A DNA stretch of 64,000 nucleotides from an uncultured Bacteroidales bacterium (GTDB taxonomy: Bacteria > Bacteroidota > Bacteroidia > Bacteroidales > VadinHA17), in assembly GCA_963780735.1 (NCBI GenBank), contig CAWADB010000012.1:2658-66657 (forward strand). Direction: 5' to 3'. Shown here piece by piece: positions 8,978 to 16,786 of the stretch (position 1 is the first letter of the stretch; each line of letters opens with the position of its first letter). The notes under the pieces were generated by a model that was not told where the DNA came from, did no database searches, and worked only from the letters and a program-made list of their open reading frames with translations. A program made the position numbers and the translations under genes.

Positions 8978-9410
8978 GGTTTCGGATATAAAATATGATG
9001 AAACTGCTTCCGTTGACCACTTTTCATTCTACCGCAATTCACCGGACGGAAGGCTTTATGCTACAGCAGACCTGAACATTTACGGAAGCGACACCACCTC
9101 CGGGTGGATCTCTGTGGAGAAGCGCGCGAGCAGTAACTCAAATGACGAAGCCTGGACAAATGCCCGTCTTATCGATTATAACTGGAAATTTTCGGGTGAC
9201 ACCCTCTATCTTGATGAGTTCTTTTCACTTCCGGCAGGCAGCAAATGGAACGGTTCCCTTGTCGATATCGACCTGGGTCTACCGGAAGGCACAGAAGTGA
9301 GATGTGCCCCGGAAACCTCTTTGTCAAAATGGCAGTTTCATGTTCACAACTTAAACGGTACAGGTGTCTTTCGCATTGAAGAAGGTCAGCTAACAGAGAT
9401 ATCAGAATAA
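8973..9410 (+). CDS. C-terminal fragment of the same frame-disrupted gene (track ORF 9114..9410 extended upstream in frame)
   Basis: This frame is open from 8973 (preceding stop at 8970-8972). It reads DKVSDIKYDETASVDHFSFYRNSPDGRLYATADLNIYGSDTTSGWISVEKRAS... with no ATG start before the GTG at 9114. Confidence 0.55.
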   Translation, partial: DKVSDIKYDETASVDHFSFYRNSPDGRLYATADLNIYGSDTTSGWISVEKRASSNSNDEAWTNARLIDYNWKFSGDTLYLDEFFSLPAGSKWNGSLVDIDLGLPEGTEVRCAPETSLSKWQFHVHNLNGTGVFRIEEGQLTEISE

Positions 9411-9455
9411 AGAAGGGCAATATATCTGCACCCACGGATCCTTGCTCATTCCCTT

Positions 9456-9482
9456 CCCGGCACAACATGCCGGGATTTTTTT
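9456..9482 (+). terminator. Rho-independent terminator
   Basis: CCCGGCA (9456-9462), loop CAACA, TGCCGGG (9468-9474), then ATTTTTTT. Confidence 0.75.
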
Positions 9483-9530
9483 GCTCCCTCAGACCGATTC
9501 TCTATCTTTAAAGCCATAACGACATCGAAA

Positions 9531-11520
9531 ATGGAACTTGGCATTCTCAAGGATATTGTCATAATATTTGCCCTTTCAACCTTTGTCAACTTCATTTTTA
9601 CACAGGATCAAGGTCCCTGCCATTATCGGGTATCTGATAACAGGTGTTATTGCCGGCCCTCATCTTCTCGCGCTTATAAACTCACCTGAAAATGTCGAAG
9701 TCATGGCAGAGATAGGCGTCATTCTGCTTATGTTCACCATTGGTCTTGAATTTTCGCTAAATCATCTTCTCAATATCCGCAGGATAGTCTTTTTAGGCGG
9801 ATTTATGCAGCTGCTGCTGACTGCAGGGGTAACCATGCTTATGGCCAGAGTCTATCAGATGGGGTGGTCCGAGTCTGTTTTTGTCGGTTTCCTGACTGCC
9901 CTCAGCAGTACGGCAGTGGTGCTTAAGCTGCTGCAGGAGAGATCTGAACTGACCACCCAATATGGAAAAACCACAGTCGGAATACTCATATTCCAGGATA
10001 TTATCTTGATTCCCTTACTGCTGTTTACACCTATACTTGGGGGAGAAACAGCAAATATCGGAAATGAGTTGCTGATGATGTTGATTAAAACCACGGGTAT
10101 AATAATCTTCATATATATTGGCAACAGGTGGCTGATGCCCAGACTGTTGCACCTTATAGCAATGACACACAGTCAGGAGCTCTTCCTGATGAGCATACTT
10201 CTCTTTTGCCTTGCCGTTGCAATGCTGACACATGAGTTGGGCATGTCGCTTGCTTTCGGAGCGTTCCTGGCCGGACTGATGATCTCTGACTCAGAGTACA
10301 GTCACAGCGCGTTCGGCAACCTGATACCTTTCAAGGATGTCTTTACCAGCTTCTTTTTTGTTTCAATCGGGATGCTCCTTGACCTTGGCTTCGTATATGA
10401 TCATCCATGGCTCGTGATAGTCACCGTGCTGCTGGTAATATTGCTGAAAACAATAATTGCCGGTTTTACGGCCTTCACTCTCGGACATACCTTCTTCGGG
10501 ACGGTGGTCATCGGCCTGTCTCTTGCACAGGTTGGCGAGTTTTCGTTCATCCTCGCAAGGCTCGGCCTGACCAATAAGATAATCACCCCATATCACTACC
10601 AGCTCTTCCTTTCCGTAGCTATTACCTCAATGGCTCTTACTCCACTGCTGATACAGGTCTCCAGACCACTGGCCAACCAGATACTAAAGCTCCCTCTTCC
10701 GCCTTTTTTGGTCGACGGACTCTTCCCTCTGAAACAGGTGGAAATACCTGAAATCAAAAGCCACATTGTCCTGATCGGCAAGGATTCCAGGGCCATCAAT
10801 CTCGCGGCCATGATCAAAAAAATGGAACTGCCTTTTACTTCAATCGTATTTGATCCTGACCGGGCCCGCAAACAGATAGAGAACGGAAACCTGGCTGTGT
10901 TCGGAGATGCGGATAATGAGCCGGTCCTCCGCCAGGCATATGTTCATACTGCCGAAATGGTAATTGTCTCAGTGGGAGACCTTATCAAGGCAATGTCCAT
11001 CGTCGAGCATGTCAGGAGAATGAACAAGCATGCAACTGTCATTGTCAGAACCAGGCATGTGACTGATATTGAGGAGTTATACCGCATCGGTGCAACCCAG
11101 GTTATTCCTGAGGAATTTGAGACAGCAATTGATTTCTTTGAAAGGATACTCGGCAAATATCTCATCCCGCGTATGGAAATAGAAAGGGCAATAGCCCGGA
11201 TAAGGGAAGATAATTACGGTATTTTCAGAGATAAGGACCAGGTTGGCGGATACTCTCTTCTGAAGGATATACCGGATATAGAAATTGCTGCCGTAAAGGT
11301 TGAAGAAAAATCTGTTTTTGCAGGTAAAACAATTGCTGAAACAGCACTCAGGAAAACCTGCGGCGTCACAATGGTTGCACTCAAGCGTGGAGATAAAATC
11401 ATTACAAATCCCGAACCATCCACAGTGGTAAACCAGAATGACATAGCCTATCTGCTAGGAAAACCCGAAATGATTGCTATTGCAACGGATCTGCTGTCAA
11501 AAGAGATAGATCAGTCGTAG
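9531..11520 (+). CDS. CPA2-family monovalent cation:proton antiporter (KefB/KefC-like) with TrkA-N and TrkA-C domains; N-terminus frame-disrupted near 9590-9600
   Basis: The main ORF 9568..11520 has a Na_H exchanger membrane domain, an RCK region (IVLIGKDSRAINLA) and a TrkA-C region. The natural N-terminus MELGILKDIVIIFALSTFVNFIF starts at ATG 9531 in the neighbouring frame. Confidence 0.8.
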
Positions 11521-11640
11521 CCTCCTCTTGGCCGTCTTTATCATTCCAGAACAAACATCCCCGGTTTTTGTTACACTTCTGTCACTGCCTTATTACAGGC
11601 TGGATATGATAATATTAAGCTGATTTAAAGATCTATTACA

Positions 11641-13266
11641 ATGAATAATGCAATTTTTTCGATACACAGGCCTCATAATGAGCCGGTTCTAAGTTATGCT
11701 CCGGGCACCAGGGAGCGTGATGAACTTATTAAGGAGCTACAGAGGATCTCCTCCGAAACTGCCGAGATACCAGTTGTTGTTAACGGCAGGAAAATAAGGA
11801 CCGGAAAGACCGGCAGCGTCGTTATGCCTCACAACCACAGTCATGTCCTTGCCACCTACCACATGGCCGGCGAAAAGGAGACACACGAGGCAATTGATGC
11901 AGCCATGCAGGCCAAGGAGGTGTGGATGACCCTGTCATGGGTTGAAAGAGCGTCGATAATGCTGAAGGCAGCCGAGTTGCTTTCCAAAAAATACCGATAT
12001 ACAATTGTTGCCGCCACCATGCTCGGACAGAGCAAGAGCGTGCAGCAGGCCGAGGTGGAGGCTGCCTGCGAGACGATAGACTTCCTGAGGTACAATGCAT
12101 ATTTCGCCGGACAGATATACCTGGAACAGCCGAGGTCAGGCTGGGATCAGCTTAACAGGGTCGAATACAGGCCTCTGGAAGGGTTTGTATATACGGTCTC
12201 CCCATTTAACTTCACCGCCATTGCGTCAAACCTTAATATGTCAGTCGCACTGATGGGTAATACCACTGTGTGGAAACCGGCTACCACCTCGCTCCTGTCA
12301 AGCTGGATACTGATGAATGTCTTCACGGAAGCCGGCATGCCTGACGGGGTGATCAATTTCCTGCCCGGACAGGGTTCGGTGATCAGCGGTGTGGTACTGG
12401 ACCACCGTGACCTGGGGGGAATACACTTCACCGGATCAAATGGCACTTTCAACTCACTTTGGAAGACCGTATCAGGCAACCTCGAAAAATACAGGTCATA
12501 TCCTCGCATTGTAGGTGAAACCGGAGGCAAGGATTTTATCATGATCCACCGGTCCGCAAACCCTCTTGAGGCGGCTACCGCAATTATCAGGGGCTCATTC
12601 GAATTCCAGGGGCAGAAATGCTCTGCTTCGTCACGGGTATATATTCCGCGGTCGCTCTGGCCTGAAATTTCCGGTCATCTGAAGAGGCAGGTGTCGGAGA
12701 TCAAGATGGGTGACCCTGCCGACTTACGTAATTTCATGAATGCCGTCATTGACGAGCGTTCATTTGATAACATAATGAAATACATTGAGATGGCCAAAGC
12801 ATCGTCCGAGTGCCAGATCATTCACGGAGGTTACGGAGACAAGAAAACGGGGTACTTCATTGAGCCGACTATAATACTCACTACCAACCCTAAGTTCGTG
12901 ACCATGCAGGAGGAGATTTTCGGGCCTGTTGTGACGCTGTATGTATATGATGATGAGAAGTATGAAGAGACTCTTAATATTGTCAACGAGACATCGCCCT
13001 ACGGCCTGACAGGCTCAATCTTTTCAAACGACAGGCCTGCAATGGTTCAAGCATGCCAGGTACTTCGCTTTGCGGCTGGCAATTTCTACATAAACGATAA
13101 GCCAACGGGAGCAATGGTGGGTATGCAGCCTTTCGGCGGCGGCAGGGCGTCCGGCACCAACGACAAGGCCGGCGGCAGGCTCAACCTTGTGAGATGGACC
13201 TCACCGCGCACCATCAAGGAGACTTTCCTGCCTGCTACAGACTTCCGGTATCCGTATATGGACTAA
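11641..13266 (+). CDS. pruA: L-glutamate gamma-semialdehyde (1-pyrroline-5-carboxylate) dehydrogenase
   Basis: 541-aa aldehyde dehydrogenase with VGETGGKDF, the catalytic Cys in FEFQGQKCSASSR, and EEIFGPV. Length and N-terminus are typical of stand-alone P5CDH. Confidence 0.85.
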   Translation: MNNAIFSIHRPHNEPVLSYAPGTRERDELIKELQRISSETAEIPVVVNGRKIRTGKTGSVVMPHNHSHVLATYHMAGEKETHEAIDAAMQAKEVWMTLSWVERASIMLKAAELLSKKYRYTIVAATMLGQSKSVQQAEVEAACETIDFLRYNAYFAGQIYLEQPRSGWDQLNRVEYRPLEGFVYTVSPFNFTAIASNLNMSVALMGNTTVWKPATTSLLSSWILMNVFTEAGMPDGVINFLPGQGSVISGVVLDHRDLGGIHFTGSNGTFNSLWKTVSGNLEKYRSYPRIVGETGGKDFIMIHRSANPLEAATAIIRGSFEFQGQKCSASSRVYIPRSLWPEISGHLKRQVSEIKMGDPADLRNFMNAVIDERSFDNIMKYIEMAKASSECQIIHGGYGDKKTGYFIEPTIILTTNPKFVTMQEEIFGPVVTLYVYDDEKYEETLNIVNETSPYGLTGSIFSNDRPAMVQACQVLRFAAGNFYINDKPTGAMVGMQPFGGGRASGTNDKAGGRLNLVRWTSPRTIKETFLPATDFRYPYMD

Positions 13267-13267
13267 G

Positions 13268-13301
13268 GTCTGATGTCTGAGGGTCGGAAAGTCTGAGGGT
13301 C
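13268..13301. repeat. Direct repeat of the 11-mer GTCTGAGGGTC (2 full copies plus a partial), starting 2 nt after the pruA stop
   Basis: GTCTGA(T) at 13268, GTCTGAGGGTC at 13275-13285, GGAAA, GTCTGAGGGTC at 13291-13301, then TTTTATTTTT. I find no complementary arm. Confidence 0.7.
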
Positions 13302-13441
13302 TTTTATTTTTGGGCTTATTTCGATTGTTCACATCGTTTAGAGCACTGTTTATAAAATTGTTTAACATTTGTTAACACAAATTTCAGATTTATGGTAAAT
13401 TAGGTGTCAGTTAACTCTTTTTTAACCAAAACCTGATTTCA

Positions 13442-14617
13442 ATGAAAAGACTCCTACTTTGTGTTGCAGCAGCAGCCATGCTGCTCGGAGCGTGCGAGAG
13501 AGCTCCGGAAAGTCTCACGCAGCAAGATGACTACATTAAGTCTTCACTTGAGGTTATCCCCGGCCAGTATGTTGTCTTATTGAAAGGCGACTACGGCTAT
13601 GTCAAGTCAGAGGCGATGACCTATGAAGATGCACAGCTTTCCATGGTTAGTGTCACCAAAAATGTGCTTGCTGCATCTGGCATATCCCTGCGTGAACCTT
13701 TGAATGTTTATTCAGCAGGGATCCCGGGCTTTGCCGTCAAGCTAAATGAAAGTGAGGTTGCCGCTCTTGAAAAGAACCCCAATGTAAGAGGCATATGGCC
13801 TGATATGATGTTCATCCTTGCCAAGCCGGCACCTGCCCCGGTACCCCTGCCCGCGGAAGTAACCCCTCCCGGAATTACCAGGGTTGGTGGCGGTTCATAT
13901 ACCGGCACTAACAGGGCATGGATCATTGATACGGGCATAGACCTGGATCATGCAGATCTTAATGTTGATGCTGCAAGCGGAACAACATTTGTAACCCGTA
14001 CAACAACGCCTAATGATGATAACGGCCATGGTACACACTGCGCAGGTATCGTTGCTGCAATAGACAATACCGTTGGCGTTGTGGGTGTTGCAGCCGGGGC
14101 CAAGGTTGTTCCTGTCAAAGTACTTGACAAGCGTGGATCGGGCGCTATGTCCGTTATAATTGCTGGTGTCGACTTTGTAACTGCCCACGGTGTGGCCGGG
14201 GACGCTGCAAATATGAGCCTCGGCGGCAGTGCATATGAGCCGCTGGATCTTGAAGTTATGGAGATGGCAGAAAAGGGCATATTTGTGGCTCTTGCAGCAG
14301 GTAACGAAAGTGATGATGCAAATAACCACTCACCGGCCCGTGCAAACGGCGATAATATTTATACAATCTCGGCATGTGACGGGGCCGGTAAGTGGGCTTC
14401 ATTCTCCAATTATGGAAATCCCCCTATAGATTACTGTGCCCCCGGTGTCAGCATACTTTCAACCTATTATACCGGTGGACTTGCCTCCATGAGTGGCACC
14501 TCAATGGCAGCCCCGCACGCCTGCGGCGTGCTGCTCGCAACAGGAGGTAAACCTTCATTTCTGGGATATGTAACTGGTGATCCTGATGGTAACCCGGATC
14601 CAATAATTCATAAATAG
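13442..14617 (+). CDS. S8-family (subtilisin-like) serine protease lipoprotein with an I9-like propeptide
   Basis: Lipobox LLGAC. Catalytic triad blocks IIDTGIDLDH (Asp), HGTHCAGIVAA (His), GTSMAAPHACG (Ser). Confidence 0.9.
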   Translation: MKRLLLCVAAAAMLLGACERAPESLTQQDDYIKSSLEVIPGQYVVLLKGDYGYVKSEAMTYEDAQLSMVSVTKNVLAASGISLREPLNVYSAGIPGFAVKLNESEVAALEKNPNVRGIWPDMMFILAKPAPAPVPLPAEVTPPGITRVGGGSYTGTNRAWIIDTGIDLDHADLNVDAASGTTFVTRTTTPNDDNGHGTHCAGIVAAIDNTVGVVGVAAGAKVVPVKVLDKRGSGAMSVIIAGVDFVTAHGVAGDAANMSLGGSAYEPLDLEVMEMAEKGIFVALAAGNESDDANNHSPARANGDNIYTISACDGAGKWASFSNYGNPPIDYCAPGVSILSTYYTGGLASMSGTSMAAPHACGVLLATGGKPSFLGYVTGDPDGNPDPIIHK

Positions 14618-14630
14618 CACTTAAATTAAA

Positions 14631-14663
14631 AGACCCTCCACATTCCGCGAGGGTCTTTTTTTT
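14631..14663. terminator. Bidirectional rho-independent terminator between convergent genes
   Basis: AGACCCTC (14631-14638), 10-nt loop, GAGGGTCT (14649-14656). It is flanked by an A-run upstream and T7 downstream. Confidence 0.8.
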
Positions 14664-14667
14664 ATTC

Positions 14668-15750
14668 TCATTTTATACTCTGATCTCTGCAATACTCCTG
14701 CCTCAGTTCATCAATAACCATTAGCTTCCTGCCGCGTCTGACATACCAGAAATCCCAGCCGTTCTGTTTTTCTTTTCCGGTTACCAGGGCGCTGACAATA
14801 TGAATTGAGCCGGCATGACCGTTACATAACAGTGAGGCATCTGCCTGCACTTCCGCTTTGTACTTTTTATCTGCGGAATACAGATATTCTCCGGGCATGA
14901 CAAGTCCGCTCTCCACCAGGTTGCCAAATGGCACCCTGGGCCTGCGTTTCTCAGTCCTGTTCTGAAGCAGCTGCGGGTTGAACGGTTCTGTTCTTTCAAC
15001 TCTCTCCACTGCCAGGCTGATATATGAAGGTTCCTTCTCGAAACCAATGAAATTTCTCCCGAGCTTCTTTGCCACGGCGGCCGTTGTGCCGGTGCCGGCA
15101 AAAGGGTCAAGCACCAGGTCGCCGGGGTTGGATGTGGCCATTATTATCCTGTACAGCAGTTCCTCGGGTTTTTGGGTTGAATGGGCTTTCCGCCCGTTAT
15201 CCCTTACCCTCTCTGATCCCTTGCAGATGGGGATCAGCCAGTCGCTCCTCATCTGCAGGTCGTCATTGAAACCTTTCATTGTCCGGTAATGAAAAGTGTA
15301 TTTTGATGCCTTTGACTTTGTTGCCCAGATGAGCGTCTCATGTGCATTGCTGAACCTGGTGCCCCTGAAGTTGGGCATTGGATTGGTTTTTATCCAGATA
15401 ATGTCATTGAGTATCCAAAATCCGGTATCCTGCAGTATTGTTCCGACCCTGAAGATGTTATGATATGTACCGATAACCCAGATGCTGCCGGTATTCTTTA
15501 TCACCCGGTGGCATTCATGCAGCCACGCACGGGTAAACTCATCATATGAACCGAAAGATCCAAACTTGTCCCAGTGATCGCTCACCGCGTTTACCTTCGA
15601 CTTGTCGGGACGGAAGAGATCGCCTGTAAGCTGAAGATTGTAAGGCGGGTCAGCAAAGACCAGGTCTATTGAATTATCCGGTAATTGCTTAAGCAACTCA
15701 ATGGAATCACCCTGATGGATCATGTTTATTTCAACCGGGCCGGCCTTCAT
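14668..15750 (-). CDS. Beta-class N6-adenine DNA methyltransferase of the CcrM/M.HinfI (GANTC) family; solitary, with no adjacent nuclease
   Basis: Motif IV VFADPPYN precedes motif I DPFAGTGTTAAVA (beta-class order). From memory it is colinear with Caulobacter CcrM over about 360 aa, including the C-terminal domain (RPRVPFGNLVESGL...GSIH...NGW). Confidence 0.85.
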   Translation of the reverse strand: MKAGPVEINMIHQGDSIELLKQLPDNSIDLVFADPPYNLQLTGDLFRPDKSKVNAVSDHWDKFGSFGSYDEFTRAWLHECHRVIKNTGSIWVIGTYHNIFRVGTILQDTGFWILNDIIWIKTNPMPNFRGTRFSNAHETLIWATKSKASKYTFHYRTMKGFNDDLQMRSDWLIPICKGSERVRDNGRKAHSTQKPEELLYRIIMATSNPGDLVLDPFAGTGTTAAVAKKLGRNFIGFEKEPSYISLAVERVERTEPFNPQLLQNRTEKRRPRVPFGNLVESGLVMPGEYLYSADKKYKAEVQADASLLCNGHAGSIHIVSALVTGKEKQNGWDFWYVRRGRKLMVIDELRQEYCRDQSIK

Positions 15751-15884
15751 TCAACTTTTTTTCAAATTTACCTGAATAAATCTTAACCAGTGAAAAATTA
15801 GTAACTTGGTAGGGCAAACTATGGAAATTAAAAGCTGCGGAAGCTGCTCCTGCAGATCTTCCGGTAAAAATATCTTATTGCTTT

Positions 15885-16773
15885 ATGAAAGAAAATGAGG
15901 GTGGAACAGTATACCATCATCTGAAAGGTGCCCTTCTGATAATTGTCGGCATCTTCTTCAGCGAGTTTCGGATTGAAAGGTTTTTTACTTCCCAACCAGT
16001 TTATTGACGGAGGGGTCACAGGTATTTCCCTGCTGGTCAATTACACCACCGGCCTGCCACTGTCTGTGCTTATTTTTGCCATTAACGTACCATTTATCAT
16101 TCTTGCATATACGCAGATATCGAGAATATTTGCACTCAAGACCCTGCTCGCCATTGCCGGTCTTTCAGTTGTTCTGGCTTTTGTGGAATTTCCGATCATT
16201 ACCGACGACAAGCTGCTCACAGCAGTCTTTGGCGGTCTTTTCCTGGGAGGCGGGGTGGGTCTCTCCGTCAGGGGGGGCAGCGTGCTTGACGGAACGGAGA
16301 TACTTGCCCTATGGGTGGCCAGCAAGGTGGAGGCTTCAATCGGTGACATGATACTTGCCTTCAATATTGTGATCTTTTCTACCGCCGCTTTCTTCCTTGG
16401 TATTGAACCTGCCCTCTACTCGATACTGACTTATATTGCAGCATCAAAGACAATTGATTACCTGGTTGAGGGTATTGAAGAATACACCGGCATTTCGATC
16501 ATATCAGAAAAGAGCAACAAGGTGAAGCTGGCCCTTATGACCCGGTTCGGACGCGGCATAACTATCTACAAGGGCAAGCGGAGCATGATAGGTAAAAAGG
16601 CCGACATTGACGGCGCTGCAGATCTTGAGATAATCTTCACCATCGTGACAAAGCTTGAGATAAGCAGGGTAAAGAAGATAGTTAATGACGTCGATGAGAA
16701 GGCTTTCATATACTGTTTCCCCATCAGCCAGGCCAAGGGGGGCGTCCTGAAAAAGAGGCCGCTACACCATTAA
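15885..16773 (+). CDS. YitT-family membrane protein (DUF2179 C-terminal domain); N-terminus frame-disrupted near 15950-15975
   Basis: Main ORF 15943..16773: FGLKGFLLPNQFIDGGVTGISLL and a C-terminal DUF2179-like ITIYKGKR...IFTIVTKLE. The likely true start is ATG 15885 (MKENEGGTVYHHLKGALLIIVGIFF) in the adjacent frame. Confidence 0.8.
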
Positions 16774-16786
16774 CCATTTATTAAAT

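Noticed and set aside
8995-9075. Short ORF MMKLLPLTTFHSTAIHRTEGFMLQQT as a genuine signal peptide or start for the downstream domain
   Set aside because: It is in a third frame and terminates after 26 codons. The protein-like reading frame through this stretch is the one continuous from 8973 to 9410.
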